Of a stretch of DNA of 64,000 bases, positions 19,792 through 29,389 are shown piece after piece (the stretch's first letter is position 1; every line of letters starts with the position of its first letter). A program made the position numbers and the translations under genes. The notes under the pieces are model-generated. The model saw only the letters and a list, made by a program, of their open reading frames with translations, ran no database searches and was not told the origin of the DNA. Source of the DNA: Candidatus Latescibacterota bacterium (GTDB taxonomy: Bacteria > Latescibacterota > UBA2968 > UBA8231); assembly GCA_965204725.1 (NCBI GenBank), contig OZ242005.1:3712001-3776000 (forward strand), written 5' to 3'.

Positions 19792-20697
19792 CTATTCCTT
19801 GCCCAACATTGCCAACAGTTCCCTACTATGTTCGATGAAGTGTTCTGCTCGTTGTCTGTCTGGGGCTTCCGAAAGAAACACAACCGCAAGCATTATCGCG
19901 GTGTCAAGCCGGCATAAGATCATTGCCGCTTCTTCAAGCGGATCTTCAAGCTCTCCGTAGCCTTGCAGAAACTCAGTGCTCAACAAGCCATACTCTTGGA
20001 TCCTAGCCAACTCTAGGTCCGGGGGGCCAATGAGTGCGTTTGCCCAATCAATGACGCTGACTATAGCACCTCGCCGGGTCAGTACATTCTTGTTAGGTCG
20101 GATGTCCATGTGAAGGAGACAGGGACGCCTGCTGTCCAAGCGGCCTAACAACTCGTAGAGGGTATCTAGTGACGGAGTAGGCAAGGTAGTTCCAGATATT
20201 CTCTGAACAGCTTCACTTCTCTGGACCACTCTTTCGGCAATCGTCTCAGCCAGAGATTTTCCCTGCATTGCCCAAGGAATCAATGGAGGCTTGCAATCGT
20301 GGATAGCTCGTACGACCTCTCCTAGCTCAAACTCGCAGGGGGCGTCAGAGTCATTGTCGATGTACTCGTAAGCAAGGAAATCAACACCGTCCCCAAGGGG
20401 TGCCTCGTGAACGGCAATCACCTCGGGGGTAGGAACTCCCAACTGCGCGACATGTCTTGCAATGGTCGCCTCTTGTCTGAGCAGTACGCGAGAGTCTATC
20501 TCGCCGTCATTCTCGTTTTTAAGGAATCGCTGTCTAGGCACCCTGATCGCTAAATCGCCATAAAGAGTCGATTTGGCTCGCCAAACCACCATATCGAGAC
20601 CTGTCCCTACTAGTGCTAGGTCCCGAACAGCCCAATCGCCGTAGTATCTAGCTATTGCCTCCTCAAGTTGAGCGAGGATATAGCAATCCGACATCAT
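19792..20697 (-). CDS. Aminoglycoside phosphotransferase (APH)-like kinase
   Basis: GTGLD glycine loop, GVPTP, LLHMDIRPNKNVL, IDWANA; sequence looks more AT-rich than the flanks. Confidence 0.85.
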   Translation of the reverse strand: MMSDCYILAQLEEAIARYYGDWAVRDLALVGTGLDMVVWRAKSTLYGDLAIRVPRQRFLKNENDGEIDSRVLLRQEATIARHVAQLGVPTPEVIAVHEAPLGDGVDFLAYEYIDNDSDAPCEFELGEVVRAIHDCKPPLIPWAMQGKSLAETIAERVVQRSEAVQRISGTTLPTPSLDTLYELLGRLDSRRPCLLHMDIRPNKNVLTRRGAIVSVIDWANALIGPPDLELARIQEYGLLSTEFLQGYGELEDPLEEAAMILCRLDTAIMLAVVFLSEAPDRQRAEHFIEHSRELLAMLGKE

Positions 20698-20701
20698 TCA
20701 A

Positions 20702-20788
20702 GACTGGATTCCCGCCCCGTGTCGGGCACGGGGTGACGTTCTTTCGCGGGAGTGACGCCTCGTAGATAAAAAAGACCGGGCCGATCAA
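20702..20788. repeat. ~87-bp dispersed palindromic repeat (family B), copy 1
   Basis: Near-identical to 41302-41389; ctggattcccgc...tttcgcggga core with an inserted ccccgtg/cacgggg hairpin. Confidence 0.85.
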
Positions 20789-20812
20789 GTTTGCGGTACA
20801 CTTGGGGTGTGG

Positions 20813-21214
20813 TCAGAGTTTGATGACGGCAATGAGGATGCCAGTGATGGCGATCAAGGTCGTCATCGTCCACCTGAAATAGGCATCCATGCGCTTATTG
20901 GTCTCGTCGATGCGGCGGTGAACCTCTTGGATTTGCTCTCTCAACGAGAGATTGGTCTCATCGATGCGGTGGTGAGCCGCTTGGATTTGTTCACTCAACG
21001 AGCGGTTGGTCTCGTCAATGCGGAGGTGAACTGCTCCCACCTGATTACGCAGGTCTTGGATTTGTTCACTCAACGAGCGGTTGGTCTCGTCGATGCGGTG
21101 ATGAACGGCTCCTACTTGATTACGCAGGTCTTGGATGTCTTCGCGCAGATAACTGATGCCCCAGTGCAGTTCTTCGGAGGCAGGACGAGATTGAGGGGCG
21201 GGACTATCGGTCAT
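20813..21214 (-). CDS. Coiled-coil protein with tandem HxRIDETN repeats and a C-terminal membrane anchor (CCDC90/DUF1640-like)
   Basis: Four HxRIDETN units; hydrophobic C-terminus WTMTTLIAITGILIAVIKL; aaggag RBS. Confidence 0.75.
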   Translation of the reverse strand: MTDSPAPQSRPASEELHWGISYLREDIQDLRNQVGAVHHRIDETNRSLSEQIQDLRNQVGAVHLRIDETNRSLSEQIQAAHHRIDETNLSLREQIQEVHRRIDETNKRMDAYFRWTMTTLIAITGILIAVIKL

Positions 21215-21409
21215 GGCAAACTCCTTGAGGATGGCGGGCTAGGAGGGAATATGGCGACGCAAGGATCGTAAAGCAATCTATGTGCCAACGCCGATCTCTG
21301 AGTAAAAACGGCGATCCGCTAGCTCGATCTGTGTGTGTTTGCACACGCAGGTGGCTTCTTTTCGATACACGAGGAATCGGCGGGGGGTGCTACGGTATCA
21401 GGGCGTAGC

Positions 21410-24400
21410 TCACCGGATTTGGCGAATTTGCTCGATCTTCTTGTTGAGTCGCTTGGGGGAGATCGGGTGGGCCGTGCCTAGCTCTTGGGCGAAGACTGAG
21501 ACGCGATATTCCTCCAGCATCCAGCGCAACTCCTTGATTTGCACCTCCCGCTTGGGCGAATGGGCCGCCCCAGCGAGCTGTTCCAACTGGCTCTCGTACA
21601 TCGCGATCAACTCGGCCTTCTGCGCGTCCTTGCGCGGGTCGCTCGCAGCGCGCTCGGTACGCACCTCAACGGCCTTTAGGTAGCGGAGCAAGTGGCTGAG
21701 ACGGTGGAAGGGAACGCGGGCGAGGAAATCGTCTGGCAGCAGTCGCTCCAAGTCGGCGTCCAGCCCGCGATAGGACCGGCCCGCAAGGCGGATTGCCCGG
21801 CGAGCTTCGAGCAGGCTATCGACCAAGGAGATGAAGCGCGGGGCCAAGCCGCGCAGCCGCTGCTTGGCCTGCTCCAGCACGGCGTCGAAGTCCCGTTGAC
21901 GCAGGGGTAGGATTTGCTCGAGGTGGAAGAGATAGCGCTCTAGATGTTCAAACGCTTGGGTGCGCAGTTCGAGGGGACTGCCTTGGTAGCGCGCCTTAAA
22001 CTGCGCCAGCTCTTGGAGTTCGCGCCGGAGCCACGCTAGCTCGTCGCGGAGCGCGAGGGCACAGAGGCCCAAAAACCCCTCGCGCGAGCGGGCTTCGGCT
22101 TCGGCGCGCCTTTTGTAGAGCCGCAGCGACACGCCGCCTTCGTCCCGGCCCAGGCCGGGCCATCCATAGAGCGGCACCCCGCCCGCTTGGGTCACCTCTA
22201 TGCGCTCAGGCAGGTCGCCGAAATCCCACGTAGTGATCCCGGCTCGTTCCCACTGTTGGGCCGCCTTTTTCCAAGCGTCGAGCTCGACGGGCGCGTCGTG
22301 CTGTTCGAGGCGTTGGGTCAGTTGCTGCAAATCGCGGCCGGCCGCGACGGATTGCTCGCTGGTCCCTTGGATCTCGACGCGCATCTTGAGGTGGTCGGGC
22401 AGGTCGGCCGCGTTCCAGTCTGACGGCTCGATTTGGATCCGGTGGTGCTGGCGGATGTGAGCTTGCAGCGACTGCAAAAAGGTGGGGTGCGTCGGCTTGA
22501 GCGCGGCCGCAATGCGCTGAGCCTTCGCGGGAATCGGCACCAGTTGCTTGCGGATGGACTTGGGCAACGAGCGCAGCAGGACGGTAATTTTTTCTTCAAG
22601 CAGGCCCGGCACCAGCCATTCGAGTATTTCTGGATCGACGGCATGGGCCAGCTTGTAGGGCAATTTGACCGTGATGCCGTCCTCGTCTTGCCCTGGGCGA
22701 TAGGCGTAGCTAAGCGCTAGTTTTTTGCCGTCGAGGTCGAGTGCGTCGGGGAAGGCCTGCTGGTCGAAGCCAGCGCGGGGGGTGCCGAGCAAGTCCTCCT
22801 CCTTCATCACCAGGAAATCGTCGGCTCGGTCTTTGAGGAATCGGTTGAGGTCGTGTAGCGAGGAAACATCGTCGAGGTGCTGGGCGTAAAAGCGGGCCGC
22901 GGCCTCTTCGACGTGGACATCGGCCAAGCCGCGGGCGCGGGTCTGCCAAGTTTCGATCTTCTGACACAAGCGAATGTTGTGCGCGAGAAACTTGTGCGGA
23001 GTATGCACTGCCCCGGGCACCAACGCCTCGCGGATGAATATGTCGGTGGCCTCGCGGGCGTTGATGCGGCTATAGGGGATGCGGCGACTGAGCACTTCGA
23101 GGCCGTAGAGGGTCTGCTTTTCTCGCACCAGCACCCGGCCTGAGCGCGGGTTGAAGTAAGGCTGGTCGTACGAAGCGCGACACAGGTGACTGCCTAGCTC
23201 AGCGAGCCATTCGGGCTGGATGCGGGCGACGGTGCGGGCGAACAGGCGCGAGGTCTCGACGATCTCGGCCGCGACCAACCAGCCCGGTGGCCCGCCTTCG
23301 CCCGCCTGCTTCCGCTTGTTGGAGCGGAAAAGCCCCGAGCCGGGAAAAACCATCACCTCGCGACCGTGCGCCGCCTGATAGATGTTGCCCTCCTCTTGGT
23401 GCGCCACACTCGAAAGCAGGCCGGTGAGTACGGAGCGGTGGATCGCGTCGTACCCGGCGGGTTTTGAGTTGAAGCGAAAGCCTTTTGTTTCGCTCAGTGC
23501 CTCGCGGATCTGCGCGTGGATGTCGCGCCATTCGCGCATCCGCAGGTACGAGAGATAGTGCGCCTTGCAGAATTTGCGGAGCTGGTTCTGCGAAGCGTTT
23601 TCCAATTTGTCGTGGTAGGCGTTCCATATATTGAGATAGGCTAGGAAATCGGAGTTTTTGTCGTGGAACTGCCGGTGCATTCGGTCGGCCGCATCCTGCT
23701 CTTCGAGAGGCCGCTCGCGCGGGTCTTGAATGCTGATGGCCGCGGCGATGACGAGCACTTGGGAAAGGGCGTGCTCCTCGCGGGCTTGGAGCAGCATCCG
23801 CGAGACGGTGGGGTCGATGGGCAGGCGGGCCATGGCGCGACCAATGGGCGTGAGGGCGCGGTTTTCGTCGAGGGCGTTGAGTTGGCGCAGGAGTTGGAAA
23901 CCGCCGGCGATAGCGGCTTTGGTCGGGGGGTCGATAAAGGGGAAAGCCGCAATGTCGCCTAGCTTGAGGTGTATCATCCGCAGGATGACTTCGGCGAGAT
24001 TGGCCCGCTGGATCTCGGGCTGGGTGTATTCGGGCCGCGCGAGAAAGTCCTGCTCCGAGTAGAGGCGAATGCACACCCCGTCCTCGACCCGCCCACAGCG
24101 TCCCTCCCGTTGGCGGGCACTGCTCTGGGAGATCGGTTCGATGGGCAAGCACTGCGTGTGGGTGCGGGGATTGTAGCGCGACAGACGCGCCAAGCCCGTA
24201 TCGACGACGTAGCGGATGCGGGGAATAGTCAGGGAAGTCTCGGCGATGTTGGTGGCCAACACGACGCGCCGGCGGTCCCCCGGAGCAAATACGCGCTGCT
24301 GCTCCCCGGCTGTTAGGCGGCCAAACAGCGGCAGGACCTCGACCCCGCGCCACTTGCGCCCTTCGAGCCGCTCGCGGGTCTCGCGAATATCGCGCTCGGA

Positions 24401-25288
24401 CGGCAGAAAGACTAAGAGGTCGCCCTGCCGCGACGTCCGCACTATTTCTTCTACCGCGCTGGCGGCCGCATCCAAATACGTGTAGTCGCCGCGGTCTTGC
24501 AGGAGCTCGTCGAGCGGCCAATAGCGGACCTCGACCGGAAACATCCGGCCCGAGACTTGGATGACCGGGGCGTCGTCAAAGGCCCGCGAGAAGGTTTCTG
24601 TATCGATGGTAGCCGAAGTAATGACGATCTTGAGATCGGGCCGCTTGCGGCGAAGGACCCGCAAATAGCCGAGCAGGAAATCGATGTTGAGGCTGCGCTC
24701 ATGGGCCTCGTCCACGATAATGGTGTCGTATTCGAGCAGGTCGGGATCGGTTTGGGTCTCGGCAAGCAGCATGCCGTCGGTCATGACCTTGATGCAGGTC
24801 TCGGGTGCAGTCTGGTCGCGGAAGCGGATTTTGCAGCCGACATCGCTGCCGTAGGCCACGCCCAGTTCCTCCGCGATGCGGCCGGCGATGGAGAGCGCGG
24901 CAACGCGACGCGGCTGGGTGACAGCGATGCGGCCGGCCTCGCCCCGGCCGGCCTCTAGGCAAATTTTGGGCAGTTGCGTGCTCTTGCCCGAGCCGGTCTC
25001 GCCGGCGACGACGACGACGGGGTGCGCTTGCAGCGCCGCGAGGATTTCGTCCCGGCGGTCGCTGATGGGCAGGGCGGGTGGGTAGGTGGGGATTGGGCGA
25101 TTTTCGCGTCGCCGCTCGCGCAAGCGAGCCGAGCTGCGAGCTTGGCCCAAGAGACGCTCGACCTCTTCGGGGCTGAGGTGCCGGCGATTCAGACGCCGTT
25201 CAATGTGCGCCCGATCTTGGAGCATACACTGCGGCAGGAGGGTTTTGAGCGCAGTGATGGGGTGGAGGCTACTAGGCGATTGATTCAA
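21410..25288 (-). CDS. hrpA: ATP-dependent RNA helicase HrpA
   Basis: GETGSGKST, TQPRR, DEAH, SAT, ATNIAETSLT, C-terminal WMLEEYRVSVFAQELGT. Confidence 0.96.
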   Translation of the reverse strand: MNQSPSSLHPITALKTLLPQCMLQDRAHIERRLNRRHLSPEEVERLLGQARSSARLRERRRENRPIPTYPPALPISDRRDEILAALQAHPVVVVAGETGSGKSTQLPKICLEAGRGEAGRIAVTQPRRVAALSIAGRIAEELGVAYGSDVGCKIRFRDQTAPETCIKVMTDGMLLAETQTDPDLLEYDTIIVDEAHERSLNIDFLLGYLRVLRRKRPDLKIVITSATIDTETFSRAFDDAPVIQVSGRMFPVEVRYWPLDELLQDRGDYTYLDAAASAVEEIVRTSRQGDLLVFLPSERDIRETRERLEGRKWRGVEVLPLFGRLTAGEQQRVFAPGDRRRVVLATNIAETSLTIPRIRYVVDTGLARLSRYNPRTHTQCLPIEPISQSSARQREGRCGRVEDGVCIRLYSEQDFLARPEYTQPEIQRANLAEVILRMIHLKLGDIAAFPFIDPPTKAAIAGGFQLLRQLNALDENRALTPIGRAMARLPIDPTVSRMLLQAREEHALSQVLVIAAAISIQDPRERPLEEQDAADRMHRQFHDKNSDFLAYLNIWNAYHDKLENASQNQLRKFCKAHYLSYLRMREWRDIHAQIREALSETKGFRFNSKPAGYDAIHRSVLTGLLSSVAHQEEGNIYQAAHGREVMVFPGSGLFRSNKRKQAGEGGPPGWLVAAEIVETSRLFARTVARIQPEWLAELGSHLCRASYDQPYFNPRSGRVLVREKQTLYGLEVLSRRIPYSRINAREATDIFIREALVPGAVHTPHKFLAHNIRLCQKIETWQTRARGLADVHVEEAAARFYAQHLDDVSSLHDLNRFLKDRADDFLVMKEEDLLGTPRAGFDQQAFPDALDLDGKKLALSYAYRPGQDEDGITVKLPYKLAHAVDPEILEWLVPGLLEEKITVLLRSLPKSIRKQLVPIPAKAQRIAAALKPTHPTFLQSLQAHIRQHHRIQIEPSDWNAADLPDHLKMRVEIQGTSEQSVAAGRDLQQLTQRLEQHDAPVELDAWKKAAQQWERAGITTWDFGDLPERIEVTQAGGVPLYGWPGLGRDEGGVSLRLYKRRAEAEARSREGFLGLCALALRDELAWLRRELQELAQFKARYQGSPLELRTQAFEHLERYLFHLEQILPLRQRDFDAVLEQAKQRLRGLAPRFISLVDSLLEARRAIRLAGRSYRGLDADLERLLPDDFLARVPFHRLSHLLRYLKAVEVRTERAASDPRKDAQKAELIAMYESQLEQLAGAAHSPKREVQIKELRWMLEEYRVSVFAQELGTAHPISPKRLNKKIEQIRQIR

Positions 25289-25426
25289 AATTTACAAGGG
25301 GTTACGGCGTTTGTACTGGCCCAAAAAATGTACGGCCGGGGCCGCATGGTGGCAAATACGAGGACGAGGTATTACTTTCTCGCAAAAGTAATACTTTGAT
25401 CGCGTCTCGCCAAAAGGAGCCAGAGG

Positions 25427-25654
25427 ATGTCTCGAATAACGAGCAAAGGACAGGTGACCATTCCCAAGAATATCCGCCAAGTGTTGGGGGTCAAACCGGG
25501 CGACCGAGTCGCGTTTGAACTGCTGCCCGACCGGAGGGTGGTGGTCAAGCCACTATTGGCTACAACCGTCTTTGAACGCTACGTCGGCTATCTAACGACC
25601 CAAGAGGGCGCGGACCCGGACCGCATCGTCGCCCAGCTCAGGGACGACGAATGA
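25427..25654 (+). CDS. AbrB/MazE family antitoxin
   Basis: SRITSKGQVTIPKNIRQVLGVKPGDRV. Confidence 0.92.
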   Translation: MSRITSKGQVTIPKNIRQVLGVKPGDRVAFELLPDRRVVVKPLLATTVFERYVGYLTTQEGADPDRIVAQLRDDE

Positions 25655-26124
25655 TTACCGCCGTTGATACGAATATCTTTTTGGATTTGTTGATTCCCAA
25701 TGCGCGTTTTGTGGATTCGTCTAAGGAGAAACTGGAAAAGGCCCACGGCGAAGGCGAACTGATTGTATGCGAGGTCGTTTGGGCTGAGTTGGCCTCGCAG
25801 TTTGTGGAACAGCCGGTGCTAGAGGCCTTTTTACGCGATGCTGGGATTAGGCGAGTGCCGGCGACCGAGGACGCCCTATTTGCAGCCGGCCTAGCTTGGA
25901 AAACCTATCGAGCGCGGCGAGGAAGTGGATGGTCCTGTGCGGCCTGCGGTCGCGTCCAGTGCGCAGTACCATGCGCCCAGTGTGGTGCGCGATTGCGTGG
26001 TCGGCAGCACATCGTCAGCGATTTTCTCATCGGTGCCCACGCCTTGCACCAAGCCGATCGTCTATTGAGCCGAGATCGCGGATTTTACGCGGCGTACTTT
26101 GAGGAATTGGTGCTGATGGTCTAA
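25651..26124 (+). CDS. vapC: VapC/PIN toxin with an inserted CxxC-CxxC zinc ribbon
   Basis: AVDTNIF, VWAEL, DFLIGAHA, LLSRDRGFY; CAAC...CAQC insertion. Confidence 0.9.
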   Translation: MITAVDTNIFLDLLIPNARFVDSSKEKLEKAHGEGELIVCEVVWAELASQFVEQPVLEAFLRDAGIRRVPATEDALFAAGLAWKTYRARRGSGWSCAACGRVQCAVPCAQCGARLRGRQHIVSDFLIGAHALHQADRLLSRDRGFYAAYFEELVLMV

Positions 26125-26137
26125 GTAGCGCGCCTAC

Positions 26138-27406
26138 TCAGGCGTCCGAACGCCACAGGCGCGGTATAGGGCTGGTGGCTTGGCGCTCGGGCAAGCGCCA
26201 GTATTCGGCCTCTGCTGGGATCTCTTGTAGGTGCGGGCAAGTCATGCCGTGGCGGTCCCACACCACTTTGCCCGCCCGCAGGGTCAGGGCACATTCGAGG
26301 CGGTGCCGGGCTTCGATGCAGGCCCAACCGCAGTCGCGAAAGTAGAAGTTGCCTTCGAGGACGCCCAGCACGGCGATGTTGGCCTCAGAACCGGGCGTCA
26401 AGGCCCCCAACTCGGGCCGGCGAATGGCGCGCGCCGGCGTGACGGTGGAGCGGTAGATCACTTCCTGTAAGGGCATGTCCATGGCCAAGCACTTGGACAT
26501 GGTGTCGAGCATGGAGTGAACGTGGCCGTTGATATTGCCCAGATGCAGGTCGGTGCTAATGGAATCGGGTGGGAAGCCGTCGGCGATGGCGGGCATGGCG
26601 GCGCGGTACCAGAAGCTGGCCGCCCCGTGCCCGAGGTCGAAGTGGATGCCCTGTTGCCGCGCCTGCCGCATGTAGTCGTACACCGCGCCGTTTTCGTCGA
26701 TGACGGGGAACTGGCGGGCAAAGACGTGGGTGTGGATGTCGCCTCGGCGCAGGTGCTTGAGGAGGAGATCGGGATAGGAGCGCTCGGGCGGGCGCGGCCA
26801 GAAGTCAACCATCACTGGCATTTTACAGCGCTCGCCGGCCTCGACGGCCGCATCAACCGAGGCCCAAGGCGGGTGCTCGTCGTCAAAGGGCTTGGTGGTC
26901 CAATAGTGGGCGGTCTTGATGCCCACGCACACATCGTCGTGGGCCGAGGCCATCTCGGCCGCCTGCTGAGGATCGAGGTTGGCGACGACTTGTTCGGGCG
27001 GGCCCATGCCGGGGGCGGCAATGTTGATATAGGCGAACATGCGGATCGCGGAGCGGTTGATCACCGTCTCGCGGAAGTGCTCAAACTCCTCGGCACCGGC
27101 CGTGCCCGTATCGACGCAGGCGGTTACGCCCTCTTTGAGGAAGTGGGCGTCGGCGTTGAGGCTGCCCACCAAGCCGCTCGATTTGCGGGCGCGGGTGTGG
27201 TAGGTATGGACGTGGATGTCGATTAGGCCCGGCACGACGACTAGGTTGCCCACATCGATTACGCAGTGGGCATCGGCGGTGGGGATGTCCGCTTCGACGC
27301 GGGCGATGCGGCCGTCGAGTACGCCCACGTCGGCGACGCCGTCCATATCGTTGGTAGGGTCGATTACGTGGCCGCCTTTGAGCAGCATTTCGAGCTTGCG
27401 GGGCAT
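26138..27406 (-). CDS. Amidohydrolase/deacetylase family metallohydrolase (dihydroorotase-like)
   Basis: GGHVIDP, PGLIDIHVH, GVTACVDTG, FDLGHG, SISTD. Confidence 0.9.
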   Translation of the reverse strand: MPRKLEMLLKGGHVIDPTNDMDGVADVGVLDGRIARVEADIPTADAHCVIDVGNLVVVPGLIDIHVHTYHTRARKSSGLVGSLNADAHFLKEGVTACVDTGTAGAEEFEHFRETVINRSAIRMFAYINIAAPGMGPPEQVVANLDPQQAAEMASAHDDVCVGIKTAHYWTTKPFDDEHPPWASVDAAVEAGERCKMPVMVDFWPRPPERSYPDLLLKHLRRGDIHTHVFARQFPVIDENGAVYDYMRQARQQGIHFDLGHGAASFWYRAAMPAIADGFPPDSISTDLHLGNINGHVHSMLDTMSKCLAMDMPLQEVIYRSTVTPARAIRRPELGALTPGSEANIAVLGVLEGNFYFRDCGWACIEARHRLECALTLRAGKVVWDRHGMTCPHLQEIPAEAEYWRLPERQATSPIPRLWRSDA

Positions 27407-27539
27407 GGCTTTTCGTTCCAGATGTCAGGGTGAAAATCAAAAAATAGGCTGGCCCAAAAGGAGGGTCAAATGGGGTTATTGACAATGGTTAGACGCTTGG
27501 GTTACAATCTATAGTCTCATAATTCATACAACTTAGATA

Positions 27540-28859
27540 ATGCGACGTCTTATTTATACACTCCTAATTCTGTCGGCTGGCAGTGCTCAAGCACAGACCG
27601 TCTATCGCGTCCACCTCAAGCTAGAGGGCATGATTGACCCCGGTGTGGCGGCCTTTGTCGAGCGCGTGATCGTCGATGCGGCCGAGGCCGATGCGGCCGC
27701 CATCATCTTTGAGATCGACACCTTTGGCGGGCGCGTTGATGCGGCCACTGTGATTCGCGACGCCATCCTCGACGCTGAGACCTTGACCATCGCCTTTATC
27801 AACAAGCGGGCGATTTCGGCCGGGGCACTCATCTCGCTAGCCTGCGATAAGATCGTCATGACGCAAGCCTCCACCATGGGCGCGACCACTCCGGTTGACG
27901 CTACGGGCACCAAGGCCAGCGACAAGGTGACCTCGTACATGCGCGCCGAGATGCGCGCTACGGCCGAGCGCACCGGCCGCAACATCAAGATCGCCGAGGC
28001 CATGGTAGATGAGCGCGTTGAGGTCCCGGGCCTGAGTGCCGAAGCGGGCCGGCCGGCCACCTTGACCACCGAGCAGGCACTCAACTACCAGATGGCCGAC
28101 GAGACGGCCGAGACGCTGGTTGAGCTGTTGCGCATCTACGATCTAGGCGAGGCCGAAATCGTGGAAGTCGAGCTCAACTGGGCCGAGCACGTCTTGCGCC
28201 TGCTGACCCACCCCATTGTCACTTCGATTTTGCTCGCCGTAGCCATGTTTGGCTTAATCGCCGAGGTCCGCACCCCCGGTTGGGGCTTGGGCGGTACGCT
28301 CGCACTGGTCGCGCTGGGCCTTTTCTTTGGCAGCCATTTGATCGTCCACTTGGCAAAGTGGCAGGAGCTCGCGCTCTTTGCTCTGGGCGCGACGCTTTTG
28401 GTCGTCGAGCTAGTCGCCATTCCGGGCTTTGGCATTGTGGGCGTGTTGGGTATCGGGGCGATGATTGCAAGCGTGGTGATTACCCAACTGGGCGATTTTC
28501 AGTTGTGGAGCTTCGACGAAATCGTCTCGGTGATAGGGCGGCTCGCCGGCTCGATGATCGGCGCGTTTGTACTCTCGCTCATCGTTTTGCGCTCCCTGCC
28601 TAAGTTCGCCGTCTTCAACCGCCTAGTCCTCCACAACGAAATCAAGGCCGCCGACGGGTACACTTCCTCCTCGCGGACGACCGACGAGGATCTGTTGGGC
28701 AAGGAGGGGGTCACGGTCAGCTACCTGCGGCCCTCCGGGATAGCCCTGTTTGAGGGCCGGCGGCTCACAGTGATTGCCGAGGGCGAATTCATTGAGGCGC
28801 AGCGGCCCATTAAGGTAGTCGAAGCCCGCGGTAGTCGGGTGGTGGTGAAGGCACTATGA
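27540..28859 (+). CDS. Long NfeD family membrane-bound serine protease (YqeZ-like)
   Basis: IDTFGG, AISAGALI, TM region, C-terminal OB domain LRPSG. Confidence 0.9.
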   Translation: MRRLIYTLLILSAGSAQAQTVYRVHLKLEGMIDPGVAAFVERVIVDAAEADAAAIIFEIDTFGGRVDAATVIRDAILDAETLTIAFINKRAISAGALISLACDKIVMTQASTMGATTPVDATGTKASDKVTSYMRAEMRATAERTGRNIKIAEAMVDERVEVPGLSAEAGRPATLTTEQALNYQMADETAETLVELLRIYDLGEAEIVEVELNWAEHVLRLLTHPIVTSILLAVAMFGLIAEVRTPGWGLGGTLALVALGLFFGSHLIVHLAKWQELALFALGATLLVVELVAIPGFGIVGVLGIGAMIASVVITQLGDFQLWSFDEIVSVIGRLAGSMIGAFVLSLIVLRSLPKFAVFNRLVLHNEIKAADGYTSSSRTTDEDLLGKEGVTVSYLRPSGIALFEGRRLTVIAEGEFIEAQRPIKVVEARGSRVVVKAL

Positions 28860-29365
28860 GCTTTCTCGGGGGGGAGGTATTGGAATGGGTTTATTCGCTG
28901 GCCCTGCTCGTGCTCGGGTTTGCGCTGGTGCTCTTGGAAATTTTCGTGATTCCGGGGCTTAACATCTTCGGCGTCGTCGGTTTTCTGACCGCCGTCGCCG
29001 GCATTGGCTATGCTTATGTAAACATGGGCAGCTTGGCGGCTGGAGTCGTGGCGGGCTTGGGGCTTGTGGGGACTGCCATCCTAGTGAAATTGATGCTCAA
29101 GGTCCGCGCTTGGAACCGCTTGGTGCTCAACGATGGCATGACGCGCAAGGCCGGCTACGATTCGGTCAAGCCCGGCCGCGAGGCGTTGCTCGGGCAGACG
29201 GGCGAGGCGGTTACGACGCTGCGACCGGCCGGGCGGGCGCAATTTGGCGAACGGGTGGTCGACGTAGTCAGCGAAGGTGGTTATATTGAACGCGGCGAAC
29301 AGGTTGAGGTATTGAAAGTGGCTGGCAACAGAGTAGTCGTTCAGTCAGTTCGCTCCGAGCCTTAG
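28856..29365 (+). CDS. Short NfeD family protein
   Basis: LEIFVIPG, TLRPAG, DVVSEGGYI. Confidence 0.88.
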   Translation: MSFLGGEVLEWVYSLALLVLGFALVLLEIFVIPGLNIFGVVGFLTAVAGIGYAYVNMGSLAAGVVAGLGLVGTAILVKLMLKVRAWNRLVLNDGMTRKAGYDSVKPGREALLGQTGEAVTTLRPAGRAQFGERVVDVVSEGGYIERGEQVEVLKVAGNRVVVQSVRSEP

Positions 29366-29389
29366 TTTATTCCCTTCAAGGAGCTAATA

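Noticed and set aside
19792-20697. Bona fide aminoglycoside resistance gene
   Set aside because: Only the generic APH/choline-kinase fold motifs are visible; the substrate cannot be inferred.
23199-24521. 440-aa Arg/Pro-rich ORF and similar long alternative-frame ORFs
   Set aside because: Shadow ORFs of real genes, expected in high-GC DNA; no recognisable motifs.
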